Shown: positions 1 to 9,698, counted from the first letter of the stretch. The stretch: 30,323 nucleotides of DNA from Promethearchaeota archaeon (GCA_011364925.1 RDOA01000045.1:1-30323); one strand, 5' to 3'. Numbers and translations: made by a program. The notes: a model not told the origin generated them from the letters alone.

Positions 1-480
1 AAGTGCGGAGTCGATATGGCTAGAAAAAATTAAAACTTTTTCTGCTTCTTTAGGTCGTGCTTTAAATTTACCAATAACATTTTGAGAGGCTTTTTTCCGA
101 AAAAGAGGATCTATGAATTCTCGATAGTTAAAGAATTCCTCCCACATAATCACAATAGATAAACCAACAAGAGAGAAAGAAACAATTGATAGGAAAACTA
201 ACCATACTATCTCAGCAGTAATTTGCTGTAATAAATAGAATAACATTGAAAGAGGGACCAATATCACAATTATTTTTATCCATCCCAGAAATGCTTTTGG
301 ATGGCATTTAAAGGATTCTAAAACGACTTCATCGCAACACTTTCCGAGTTCTGCTTTTAAAAAGTTTGCTCCCTTAGCTTCTTGGAGACTGCAAGCCATC
401 CTTGGGCCCACTTCTTGAACGATCCGCTCAACTAAATTGTACATATAATCCGAATCTTCTTTAGAGACGTCAAAATTCAT
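1..480 (-). CDS. M28-family metallopeptidase with an inserted 2-TM hairpin (5' part only; runs off the window start)
   Basis: Not in the ORF track. Translated by hand from ATG at 480: MNFDVSKEDSDYMYNLVERIVQEVGPRMACSLQEAKGANFLKAEL... then two hydrophobic segments, then SQNVIGKFK...VLIFSSHIDSAL. The GPR...E N-terminus, NVIG and the HxDS Zn ligand motif are typical of M28. Open for all 160 codons. Confidence 0.8.
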   Translation of the reverse strand, partial: MNFDVSKEDSDYMYNLVERIVQEVGPRMACSLQEAKGANFLKAELGKCCDEVVLESFKCHPKAFLGWIKIIVILVPLSMLFYLLQQITAEIVWLVFLSIVSFSLVGLSIVIMWEEFFNYREFIDPLFRKKASQNVIGKFKARPKEAEKVLIFSSHIDSAL

Positions 481-632
481 AATTTTTCATTATCGAGCAG
501 ATAAAGACTTAAATAAAATTATACTTAAAAGATTTAAAGGTTTCCGCTAAACTCATTATTATAGTTTTAAATACCCCTAAATTAAATAATAATTATACTA
601 AGAATGTGATAAATTAACGGCATGATTGAATA

Positions 633-1556
633 TTGTTATTGGAATTTTTTCAAATTGTTATTTTAATTTGTATTGGTGCCCTCGTAGGGATCAGCATTAG
701 CTTTATCGGTCAAACAGGGTTGGGAATTGTGCTTCCCATTGTCTTGTTATTCACTGGTGATGTATTTTTAGCGATTGCTGTAAATTTACTAAACGATTTG
801 ATTACATCAGCTGCTGTTTCGGTAGAATACATAAAGAAGAAAGAAATTAAATTAAGATCAGATATCTTCTTAATTATCGTCATTGGTATTATTATTAGCT
901 GTTTTGGTGTTTTTATTTTAATGACGACTCCGTTAGGTGCGATTTACGGGTGGTTTATTCCAATTTTTATCATGTGTTTAGGTATAGTTTTTCTAAAGAG
1001 AGGTTTTCCAACGTACGAATCGGTAAAAAAAATGGCTCAAAATATTACTCGTAAAACTGTTAAAAGCATTAAAAATGAGCAAGAATTAGCGGACAACCAT
1101 AGCAGCATAGATAAACAAATAGACTCTGAACTGGACAAAATCCAAGGATTTATATCACCGGGAACACGATTGTACTACATATTAGCTATTGCATTTGGTC
1201 TGTTTATTGGCTTTAACTCAGGCTTATTCGGAGCAAGTTCTGGTTTAGTGTTAGTATTAGCGTTAGTAATAATCTATGGATATCCTCTAAAAAAAGGTGT
1301 TGGAACGGCTTTAGTTTTAAGCATGATAATCAGCTTTTTTACTTTCGTATTTTATCAGCTATTTGGTCTTACGATCAACGGACATGTCTATTTTAGTCTT
1401 GAGCTTTCATTTTATTTAGCACTTGGTTCCATTCCAACAGGTATTATTACTTCTAGGTATATTCAAAAAATTTCTGCTAAAACAATGGGGCGTGCTATTG
1501 GATTAGTGATTGTCGTCTTAGGTGGTCTCTCGTTAATGTTTTACTTTATAACCTAA
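633..1556 (+). CDS. TSUP family (TauE/SafE sulfite exporter-like) membrane transporter
   Basis: About 8 TM helices in two Gly-rich halves (GALVGISISFIGQTGLGIVLP; GLFIGFNSGLFGASSGLVL) and KKGVGTAL. TTG start. Confidence 0.8.
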   Translation: MLLEFFQIVILICIGALVGISISFIGQTGLGIVLPIVLLFTGDVFLAIAVNLLNDLITSAAVSVEYIKKKEIKLRSDIFLIIVIGIIISCFGVFILMTTPLGAIYGWFIPIFIMCLGIVFLKRGFPTYESVKKMAQNITRKTVKSIKNEQELADNHSSIDKQIDSELDKIQGFISPGTRLYYILAIAFGLFIGFNSGLFGASSGLVLVLALVIIYGYPLKKGVGTALVLSMIISFFTFVFYQLFGLTINGHVYFSLELSFYLALGSIPTGIITSRYIQKISAKTMGRAIGLVIVVLGGLSLMFYFIT

Positions 1557-1590
1557 ACCTAATAATATGAATATCGATATTATTATCACT

Positions 1591-2856
1591 TTAAATAGGC
1601 TTTCGCAATTTTTCAAGCTTTTTTTCGATTTGAGATGCGCCATTTTCCAAAATATTACTCGCTATGAAAGTCTGTTCCTCCTTTGCTTTTTGCTTTAATA
1701 TTTTTTGCTTTAGCTCTAAAACTTCCGTCAATATCTCGATATTTTGATCATCTGTACCTTTTATAATAACATCAAGAATATGGAGTGCCAATTGTAATTT
1801 ACCCTCAGAAAAAAGGATTTTTGCGCGTTCTAGATATTTACTTTCGTTACTGATTTTAAGAAGTTCTCGAGCGACATCGCCTGTTTTGGCTGGGAAAAGA
1901 TCTGTAGGATTACCACTATCATACCAACCGTGATAGAGCCTGTAGACCGCATGTATTGCAAAACGATAGGAACCATAAGATTCTCTTAAAATCTTATGTT
2001 TTTTGAATTTTTCTGGGTAAATAGCTAACATTTCGTGGTAAATTTGTTCGAACCATTTTCCTTCGTTTAATCTTTTCACTACTTCGTCGTGTACAAAATG
2101 CATGGCTTCCGCTGTAATTGTTAACGCTTCTCTAACATTCTCTTTACCTATAATAAGTCTTCCGTGCCCTGGAGCTAAGTACTCGGCGTTTTTTTCTCTC
2201 ATCTTTTCCATAGCTAAGGCCCAATCGTTGGGATATCGTTGAACTTTAAATGGGTTCCCAACATTAGGGAATGATGAAATCATTAAGTCCCCAGTGCAAA
2301 TTGTTTTTTTTTCAGGGACCCAGAGCCAAAGTGAATCATCAGTTTCTCCAATATCATGATAGATTTTGAAATTTACTTCACCTAGCTTAAACGAATACGA
2401 AGCATGATTACCTTCAAGCATAATTGTTGGGTTTAGTGTTTCGTGGGCAGAAACGACGCGATCTCTATCTTCCCTGGATACAGAGGAAAATTGCTGCTTG
2501 TTTATCCAATCGTGATACTTGTCTAGCATCTCGTATTTCTCAAACCTCCTAAGACAATTTTCGTGTGCGATTACTTCTGGCATATCCCAATCTTTTTGTT
2601 TTATCTCTTCTAAAAAAGGTTCATAACCAAATGCGTGATCAAAATGACCATGTGAGAAAATTATGTATTTAACGGGTTTCTCAGTAATTTTCCTAACTTC
2701 GTCAAATGTTTTTTGGCCAAATTGTCGTAATGGAACGTCAAAGATCACCAAACCGTCCCGTGTGACAAAAACGCAAGTATTTGCAAAGTTAGAGGCAAAA
2801 ATACATGTATTGTTCTCGAAAGTGGTTGACGGGAACCATCCAAAAAAATCGTTCAT
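1591..2856 (-). CDS. Metallo-beta-lactamase-fold hydrolase, alkyl/aryl sulfatase (SdsA1-like) with dimerisation domain
   Basis: HGHFDH (HxHxDH), GETDD, GDL..FPNVGNP, PGHG, YG..RFAIHAVYRLYHGWYD.GNP..LFP. The frame stays open to 2883, so the start may lie further upstream. Confidence 0.85.
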   Translation of the reverse strand: MNDFFGWFPSTTFENNTCIFASNFANTCVFVTRDGLVIFDVPLRQFGQKTFDEVRKITEKPVKYIIFSHGHFDHAFGYEPFLEEIKQKDWDMPEVIAHENCLRRFEKYEMLDKYHDWINKQQFSSVSREDRDRVVSAHETLNPTIMLEGNHASYSFKLGEVNFKIYHDIGETDDSLWLWVPEKKTICTGDLMISSFPNVGNPFKVQRYPNDWALAMEKMREKNAEYLAPGHGRLIIGKENVREALTITAEAMHFVHDEVVKRLNEGKWFEQIYHEMLAIYPEKFKKHKILRESYGSYRFAIHAVYRLYHGWYDSGNPTDLFPAKTGDVARELLKISNESKYLERAKILFSEGKLQLALHILDVIIKGTDDQNIEILTEVLELKQKILKQKAKEEQTFIASNILENGASQIEKKLEKLRKPI

Positions 2857-2962
2857 TCCATTAGATACTCTTCTTACTATAATTCAATCCCCTATTTCAC
2901 AACTTTTTTATTGATAATAAACAAAGCTTTTTTATCAAGATTGCTATAATATTAATAAACTT

Positions 2963-5260
2963 ATGAAGAAGACCAGAAGATTAAAACTCATTGGTTTACT
3001 ATCAATTAGTTTTATTATATTCATATCCCTATTTTCAAATATTAATAATGTGTCCGCAGCCGGGACAGGACCGCTTCAAAAATTCAATCGTAATTTCACT
3101 TTAAACGAATTTTCTAAATTTAACGAGACTGTTTTGAATGCGAATTTAATTAACATTTCATTACCATCAACATCTTGGTCTATTAAAGATATTGAGCTTA
3201 ATTTTACAGATATAAAATTTGGAAAAGAAACTTTAACGATTGAGGATCAAGTTTATGCTGGCAATTATAGTCCTGTTTATTTTCAAAATGCGGCTAATTG
3301 GAATAAAGGATTAGCAATGCAACTCAAATTAACCGAACCAACAACGATTTATGGGGTAGATCTTTACGGTGAAAAGGTAGAGCGCGCCAATCCGACGATT
3401 ATTAATTTTGAGATAAGAGGATACGATGCTCTTAATAATAAGCCTAATAACTCAGTCTATGCAACAATGGGAATTAACATAACTATTACTGAAGGATGGC
3501 ATAGACAAATCTTTCCCAGCGAAGTATTATTGCCTAAAGGTAATTACTTCTTGGTAATAAACGGTTCAAATGTTTTAAGTGTGAATGACGATAGAATTTG
3601 GTGGTATTATAACGATATTAATCCCACCGATTCTAGCTTATATTCGTCTTTTTACGATCAAACTGACCAGTGGAGTGCAGGAATACAAGGCCAAACATTT
3701 TTATATAAATTAATTCAGAAGGTGAACACTCCAGTTTATCCAGAAGAAATTAATATGACAGTCAATATTGATAATCAGCCTTATTCGATATCTAATAGCT
3801 CAAGTGAAGGAGAGGGATTTTTAGGAAAAACTGCTATTGATTTCGCCCCGAATAGTGAAAGTTATCAAATTATAGTGAATAATCAAGCTTCAGAAAGTTT
3901 GCTTTTTAATGTTACTTATTATATTACGCTTTCCAATAATTTTATTGCACCTTGTTCTATTACAGTCCAAAACGGGGCATCAAACGAATGGAGCGTAAAA
4001 CCAGCAATTGTGAGACAACCCACTAATTATAGTGTATTATTTAATTTCCCTAGTAGCTGGGAGAACATTAGTGTCTTAAAAGACGAAGTCAATATAACTA
4101 CAAGTGTAATAGTAGACACCGTTGGACATAATATTTTAATTTTAAATGATCTTATAACTGACGGAGCAGATTGGGAGATTATTGCCTCTACTCCTAATTT
4201 TGTATTCTCTATAAACGCTCCAAAAATTGAATATTTGTTAGGTCAAGAGATACAATTCTCACTTCTTTTACCCCCACCAGGAACTTATACTTTTATTTTG
4301 CTAAATTCTGCGGGTACAACCAGAAAGAACCAAACAATAACGGTTCCCCCTGGATCGCCCTTTTCGTATAATCTAACAATGAGTGACTTAGATGGGACTT
4401 ATACCGCATTTGTGTTCTATTTCAGTATCAGTCAAACAAACGTGGGTGTTCAAACACAAACGTTTGAGGTTTCCATTTACGAACCACCCCCTCCACCTCC
4501 ACCAGATTTCTCTTTACCATTAACGATTGTACTAATTGCTCTTGGAGCAGTAGTAATAGGATTGGTATTAGTTATTGGATATAGAAAGATTCAAAAAAGG
4601 AAGAGAACTAAGTTAGAGAAATTCTTGAGTACGTGTACCGATATTTCAATTATTAACGATATCATCGTTATTGATACAAAATCAGGAATTGATATTTTCT
4701 CGCAATCGTTTGGTGGGCGTAAATTAGATACAAGCCTTATCTCAGGTTTCCTCCAAGCAATTAGTAATTTTGGATCGACGATTTCAGAAGCTGCTAAAGA
4801 ATCACGAACGCTAACTATAGAATATAAGGATTCGATTGTTATGCAAACTGAATTTGTCAATTTAAAACTAATCGTTACCTTGAAAGAAAATCCCTCATCC
4901 AATTTTAAATTTATAATGGAAGATTTAGCCTACGATATCTATAAAAATTATGGCGAAGAGATTGATAAGTTTACGGGAATATTAGGACCCTTTCAAAACA
5001 TGAATGGATTAATCGAAAAACATTTGAAAGTATCGTTTCTTTACCCATTAACGATTGTAGATAATCCTAAGGTCAAGTTAAGTACGGCTGAGAAACAAAT
5101 GGTCGAAAGAGCTCGAAATTTTATGAAGGAAAGTAATTTTGACCACTTTTACTCGCTTTATCTATTGCCAGAAAACGTATGTACTCCTAAGGATTATAAA
5201 GCTATATTCAGTTTGATAGAAAAGGGGATTTTTAAACCTACTAAAAAATCAATAAACTAA
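2963..5260 (+). CDS. Single-pass cell-surface glycoprotein with cytoplasmic longin-like and probable winged-helix domains
   Basis: Basic N-terminus plus hydrophobic signal; about 480-aa beta-rich ectodomain with about 17 N-x-S/T sequons; P7 linker, one TM and RKIQKRKR stop-transfer. Cytoplasmic part reads IIVIDTKSGIDIF...DTSLISGFLQAISNF (longin-type pattern common in Asgard proteins) and ends in AIFSLIEKGIFKP. Confidence 0.7.
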   Translation: MKKTRRLKLIGLLSISFIIFISLFSNINNVSAAGTGPLQKFNRNFTLNEFSKFNETVLNANLINISLPSTSWSIKDIELNFTDIKFGKETLTIEDQVYAGNYSPVYFQNAANWNKGLAMQLKLTEPTTIYGVDLYGEKVERANPTIINFEIRGYDALNNKPNNSVYATMGINITITEGWHRQIFPSEVLLPKGNYFLVINGSNVLSVNDDRIWWYYNDINPTDSSLYSSFYDQTDQWSAGIQGQTFLYKLIQKVNTPVYPEEINMTVNIDNQPYSISNSSSEGEGFLGKTAIDFAPNSESYQIIVNNQASESLLFNVTYYITLSNNFIAPCSITVQNGASNEWSVKPAIVRQPTNYSVLFNFPSSWENISVLKDEVNITTSVIVDTVGHNILILNDLITDGADWEIIASTPNFVFSINAPKIEYLLGQEIQFSLLLPPPGTYTFILLNSAGTTRKNQTITVPPGSPFSYNLTMSDLDGTYTAFVFYFSISQTNVGVQTQTFEVSIYEPPPPPPPDFSLPLTIVLIALGAVVIGLVLVIGYRKIQKRKRTKLEKFLSTCTDISIINDIIVIDTKSGIDIFSQSFGGRKLDTSLISGFLQAISNFGSTISEAAKESRTLTIEYKDSIVMQTEFVNLKLIVTLKENPSSNFKFIMEDLAYDIYKNYGEEIDKFTGILGPFQNMNGLIEKHLKVSFLYPLTIVDNPKVKLSTAEKQMVERARNFMKESNFDHFYSLYLLPENVCTPKDYKAIFSLIEKGIFKPTKKSIN

Positions 5261-5264
5261 ATTA

Positions 5265-5280
5265 AAAAATAAAAAAAAAA
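5265..5280 (-). terminator. Oligo-T tract, probable archaeal intrinsic terminator between convergent genes
   Basis: A5-T-A10 on + (T-run on -) just downstream of the 5289..5867 stop codon. Confidence 0.4.
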
Positions 5281-5288
5281 TTTTATTA

Positions 5289-5867
5289 CTACTCAGATTT
5301 TTTACGCCAAACTGTAAAATAGACTATTATTAGAATAACACACGCTGGAATTCCGATTACAATCGCAATCCACATTATTGTAAGGAACCAAGAATAAACC
5401 CAGAAACTATAAGGCATGCTACTAAATGGAACATAGTAATAACCTTGAACTCCCATATAAATGAGATAGGCAATAAATATTACTATTCCACCTCCACCAC
5501 TACCACCCGTTTTTTTAGCTCTATTTTTTTTCTTGTCCCTAGCTTTAAACTCTGCTTTCTCTTCTTCTGGTAATCTTTTCCACCAGATATAGCCACCAAC
5601 GCCAAAGAATAATAATGTTGGGATTCCGACAAACAATAATTCCCATCCAATTGTAATCCATAGAAATCCGACGATCCAATCTAAGCTCCAATCTCCGATT
5701 AATGCATCACCATAGTTTCCAATTGGAGAACTCTCAATGACCCAAAATAATACAATAAGTAATCCCGCAATGATGCATGCTCCCGCTATAAGGACTATGA
5801 TAAAGGTTACCATATGTTCCTTAATTTTTTTACCCCAAAATTTTTCATCACTAAGTTCTTCACTCAT
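5289..5867 (-). CDS. Uncharacterised 4-TM membrane protein with an internal 2-TM duplication
   Basis: Four hydrophobic segments, a basic/Gly-rich central loop and a repeated TIxW-x5-GIP motif. AGGT RBS-like sequence upstream. Confidence 0.75.
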   Translation of the reverse strand: MSEELSDEKFWGKKIKEHMVTFIIVLIAGACIIAGLLIVLFWVIESSPIGNYGDALIGDWSLDWIVGFLWITIGWELLFVGIPTLLFFGVGGYIWWKRLPEEEKAEFKARDKKKNRAKKTGGSGGGGIVIFIAYLIYMGVQGYYYVPFSSMPYSFWVYSWFLTIMWIAIVIGIPACVILIIVYFTVWRKKSE

Positions 5868-6223
5868 AAGTTTTAACCTTTAAAATTGTTTTTTTTTATG
5901 TGATTTAGATTAACTTAAATTAAAAAGATTGTGTCTTTTTTTATTATTCTTGTCATTATATTCTATAAAAATCTAACTTCAGATGCCTTTATTAATTGGT
6001 TAGAAGTTTGAATTAAATTTTAAGAAATAAATCAAAAATTCTTCTTTGAATTCCTTTTAGATAATGCTGCTTTTACAACCTAATTTTTTTAAATGCGAGA
6101 TAAAATTCTTATAAACTTGATCACTTAGAAGTATCCAGTCCACTTCAAACATCTGCTGCAGAGTAATGCTTGGTTATCACAAAAGAAAGGTTCTAATTTT
6201 AAATAATAAAATAAATAGAATAG

Positions 6224-7351
6224 TTATACTACTTCGGTTTTTTCAGCTCTAGCCAATTCTGCTTTTTTATCCATAATTTTAGTGTAGGTTTCTAACGTAT
6301 TTTTCGGAGGAAGTATTTCAATTTCCTTTTTAACAAGCGTTATGGCTTCTGAGGTGCAAGTAGGAACGCAAACTCCGCAACCTATACATCGCGTTTTATC
6401 AACTACTGCGATATTGTCTTCAACATGAACTGCCGCAACATTGCATCGCTCCTCGCAAACTCCACATCCAGTACATAAATCGGGATCAACATCGGCATAA
6501 AAATTGGTTGCGAAAAAACGAGAAAACTCAGGAAGTAGTTTTTGAGCTGAAAGTACTCCACAACAACAACCACAACAAGTGCATATGCTCATTGGGCGTT
6601 GAGAATTTCCAGGCTGAAGAACTAAACCATCCTCTTCAGATTTTTCTAAGATTTTTAATGCTTCCTCCTTAGTTATTTCTCTTGCAAGACCTTTTTCAAT
6701 AAAACTTTTTGCCGCCGTTCTAAAAGTAAAGCAATTTTCGCGTAATTTTGTTTTTTTACAAGGATCTCCCATAAGATCCTTTCCTTTTCTACAAATACAT
6801 TCCATAAGACCAATGGGTTCTCCCATAATTTCGAGGAGATGTTTTAAATTATCGTATTGAGCAATAGATTGATCAAAATTTATAGCTTCTTCAATAGGGA
6901 CTACACGTAATTGAGGAATTCCCGTTTTATTATACTCTTCTTTAAAGAATGTGTGATCTAAATATTCATGAGCCATTTCAAAAAACTCAGGTGTTAATCT
7001 GTCCAATTGGTATTCAAAAAACCCTACTATCACAGGAGCGATTGCGTAGTACTTAGTTTCTATTTCTCCTTCCTTTACAACCCCTCGATTAATTAATCCG
7101 GCGAAATACATCTCATCGAGTTTTTTCTCAGTATCTTCCATAGAGAAACCAGTTTCTTTCAATCTTCTATGAACTTTTTTTAAAGGATCTGCCATAAAGT
7201 TCAAACTCAAGGCAATTTTGGCTTGTTCTGGAGTGAAAAGATGCTTTAAAAGTCTAATTTCAATTCCCGATTCTGTAGCTGGAAAACCAACAGGCATCTT
7301 ATCAAGATGCTTCTGTAGTTCTCGATAATAATCAATATTTTCTTGTTCCAT
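6224..7351 (-). CDS. 4Fe-4S binding protein (N-terminal HTH-like region, Cys-rich middle, C-terminal 2x[4Fe-4S] ferredoxin)
   Basis: CICR...C...C, GLVLQPGN...ICTCCGCCCG, CTGCGVCEERC and CIGCGVCVPTC. ATG at 7351 preferred over TTG at 7363. Confidence 0.85.
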   Translation of the reverse strand: MEQENIDYYRELQKHLDKMPVGFPATESGIEIRLLKHLFTPEQAKIALSLNFMADPLKKVHRRLKETGFSMEDTEKKLDEMYFAGLINRGVVKEGEIETKYYAIAPVIVGFFEYQLDRLTPEFFEMAHEYLDHTFFKEEYNKTGIPQLRVVPIEEAINFDQSIAQYDNLKHLLEIMGEPIGLMECICRKGKDLMGDPCKKTKLRENCFTFRTAAKSFIEKGLAREITKEEALKILEKSEEDGLVLQPGNSQRPMSICTCCGCCCGVLSAQKLLPEFSRFFATNFYADVDPDLCTGCGVCEERCNVAAVHVEDNIAVVDKTRCIGCGVCVPTCTSEAITLVKKEIEILPPKNTLETYTKIMDKKAELARAEKTEVV

Positions 7352-7455
7352 ACATAATACCAATAGTTCCTAATTTAAAAAGTTGATAATAAAGTTTTGA
7401 GTGGCTTTTAGAACTGGTACGATTACAATAGATTTTGTAGTAAAACTGAATTTTT

Positions 7456-8421
7456 CTACTTATTGTAACCTTTCCATTCAGGAGGGACTTTAGACACACT
7501 TTCTCGCCCTGTCGGTTGATACACTCTCTTACCTAACGGTCTAACTTTTAATTCTCCATTATAAAATTGTGTAATACGTTGTCTTGCTATTTTTATGTAA
7601 TCTAATTCCTTTTCTATTCCAATAACCTTTCGAGAGTGTTTTATTCCTGCTACCAAAGTCGTTCCTACGCCACAAAAAGGATCTAATACACAATCTCCTT
7701 TATTTGTAAGGGCAAGGATGCATCTTTCTACTAATTCTATAGGGAATTGACAAGGATGAATGGTTTTTTCAGGATGGTTAGATTTAACATTAGGGAACTC
7801 CCAGAATGCAGTCATCCAATCGTCTTCTAACATTTTCCAGACATCTGAAGGATTTTTTCCTAAAGGATTTCCAGAGGGCTTACCTTTATTTGGTCCCTTG
7901 TACGCTCGTTTCCCGGGATATTTAGCTGGTACTCTCACCGAATCTAAATTGAAAACGTAATCGTCATTTTTAGTAAACCAAAGAATAGTCTCATACCTGC
8001 CAGAAAATCGATTCTTGCAATGTAACCCATGTCCAAAATGCCATATGATTCTATTTCTCAAAATCATACCTAATCTTTTGAAAATTTCGTAAAAGTAAAT
8101 GTCTAACGGATAAATTTCACCGTTATCTACGTAATTTCCGACCTCCCAACAAATACTACCATCACTTTTTAGTTTATCATAAAGCTGTTTAATAATAATA
8201 CCCTGATCCTTCAAATATGAATCCAATGATGATTTTTCCTCGTAAATCTTGCCAATATTATATGGGGGTGAGGTCACAATTAAATTCACGCTATTATTAG
8301 GAACAGTTTTCAAAAATTTTAGTGAATCTCCATGATGCAAAATAATTTCTCTTTCTTTAGCAAATTCGGTATAAATCTTGTAATCCTTTGAACTGGCTAT
8401 AATATCTTTTTCTGTTGTCAT
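7456..8421 (-). CDS. Beta-class N4-cytosine/N6-adenine DNA methyltransferase (M.BglII-like), apparently orphan
   Basis: Catalytic TSPPY near the N-terminus, IIWHFGHGLH, RFSGRYETILWFTK, GKNPSDVW, HPCQFP, and the SAM motif VLDPFCGVGTT near the C-terminus. The BglII-family assignment is from recall only. Confidence 0.9.
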   Translation of the reverse strand: MTTEKDIIASSKDYKIYTEFAKEREIILHHGDSLKFLKTVPNNSVNLIVTSPPYNIGKIYEEKSSLDSYLKDQGIIIKQLYDKLKSDGSICWEVGNYVDNGEIYPLDIYFYEIFKRLGMILRNRIIWHFGHGLHCKNRFSGRYETILWFTKNDDYVFNLDSVRVPAKYPGKRAYKGPNKGKPSGNPLGKNPSDVWKMLEDDWMTAFWEFPNVKSNHPEKTIHPCQFPIELVERCILALTNKGDCVLDPFCGVGTTLVAGIKHSRKVIGIEKELDYIKIARQRITQFYNGELKVRPLGKRVYQPTGRESVSKVPPEWKGYNK

Positions 8422-8491
8422 TGATTGTTCACTAATATTAAAATTTAGTCGAAATTATTAAATTAAATTATTTGTTAAGGCTTTATCATAT

Positions 8492-8510
8492 TGTTTATTA
8501 ATAATAAACA
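8492..8510. promoter_or_regulatory. Palindrome TGTTTATTA-A-TAATAAACA, candidate operator in the MTase/cupin divergent promoter
   Basis: Perfect 9-bp arms with a 1-nt centre. Confidence 0.4.
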
Positions 8511-8595
8511 TGTTCGAATTTAGGTTTAAATATATTTTACAATTATTCTTATTGAATACATATTGCACTATATAAAAAAGTACGATGTGAGACGA

Positions 8596-8913
8596 TTGAG
8601 TAAAGATCCTGAAGTTTTAAATATAGAAACGTTACTTGATTACCAAGAAGGTTCAGTTGTTAGTAGAATGTTGATAAACAAAGAAATTGGGACCGTAACC
8701 TTGTTTTCTTTTGATAAAGGTGAAGGTTTAAGCGAACACACTGCTCCTTTTGATGCATTAGTTTATGTGTTTGATGGTAAAGCGGAAATTATTATTTCTA
8801 AAAAGCCTTATATTTTAGAAAAAGGGCAGATGATTACCATGCCTGCTCATGAACCTCACGCTCTTAAGGCTCTCGAGCGTTTTAAAATGATGCTGATAAT
8901 GGTTAAAGCTTAA
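8596..8913 (+). CDS. Cupin domain protein
   Basis: VTLFSFDKGEGLSEHTAPFDALVYVFDG and MPAHEPHAL cupin motifs. TTG at 8596 after a GTGA RBS-like sequence is preferred over 8563. Confidence 0.9.
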   Translation: MSKDPEVLNIETLLDYQEGSVVSRMLINKEIGTVTLFSFDKGEGLSEHTAPFDALVYVFDGKAEIIISKKPYILEKGQMITMPAHEPHALKALERFKMMLIMVKA

Positions 8914-8927
8914 AATTTAAACATTTT

Positions 8928-9698
8928 CTAATTTATTTTTTTCTTTTTTTCTAAAAATTCTTTCTCAATTAAGATATCCATCTCTGCATTTAACCAACAC
9001 AACTCATCATACGTACTAGATGATCTAAACACTTCTTCCGCTTTTGTTTTAATTTCTTCGAGTGTAGGCATTCCAATATTTATTTTTTGAATAGTTTCTG
9101 CTAAAAGCCAGCATAAATCGTTATAAGAATATTGCTTTAACGATAAATAATAAGCCGCTACTCTAATTTGGGAATCTAAGCTTATCTCTTCGCCGGTTTC
9201 AAGATCTTCTAGTGCTTCTTCTAAGACTTCAGATTCTTTTATGAGACGATCGGAGACGGGTTTCCTATATTCGCTAAGTTGGTTTAACCACGCTACTGTA
9301 CCAGAGACAGTAATATCAACTTCCTTTGATTCTTCCCTCAATTCATCAACCGAAGATATTGGTTCTTTAGTAGGAGCTTCCAAAACAAGTTCAGGTCTGC
9401 GTTCTGTTGATTTTCCAGGGATTAATCCTCTCGTTAAGTTATCCATCATTGATAGAAACGAACCATATTCTCTTTTCTGCATCATTATTAATATCTTACA
9501 AGCACCACCACGATCCTTATCAAATCGTCTTGCCCAAGCTGCTGTTAAATCTTTTTTATATTGCAGAACTTTATTTCCAACCCAAATATAAAGAGTTTTT
9601 TTCTCAGTATCGTCAATTAAATACACGTGATGCTCGTTAAAATCGAGTTTGTTTAATTCAATTAAATTTCCCTTGTCATCAATACTATACAAATTCAT
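8928..9698 (-). CDS. Asgard gelsolin-domain protein with C-terminal domain X (1DGelX-type architecture)
   Basis: N-terminal gelsolin pattern F..HHVYLIDD...LYIWVG....K..A...A....E..SF; acidic linker; tandem helical repeats YNDLCWLLAE and YDELCWLNAE. Confidence 0.8.
   Translation of the reverse strand: MNLYSIDDKGNLIELNKLDFNEHHVYLIDDTEKKTLYIWVGNKVLQYKKDLTAAWARRFDKDRGGACKILIMMQKREYGSFLSMMDNLTRGLIPGKSTERRPELVLEAPTKEPISSVDELREESKEVDITVSGTVAWLNQLSEYRKPVSDRLIKESEVLEEALEDLETGEEISLDSQIRVAAYYLSLKQYSYNDLCWLLAETIQKINIGMPTLEEIKTKAEEVFRSSSTYDELCWLNAEMDILIEKEFLEKKKKIN

Noticed and set aside
2911-2938. TTGATAA-N14-TTATCAA inverted repeat in a divergent promoter
   Set aside because: 7-bp AT-rich arms with a long spacer are within chance expectation.
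6123-6181. Box C/D sRNA on the - strand (GUGAUAA ... CUAA)
   Set aside because: The boxes are degenerate, there is no CUGA, and I recognise no rRNA or tRNA target for the guides.
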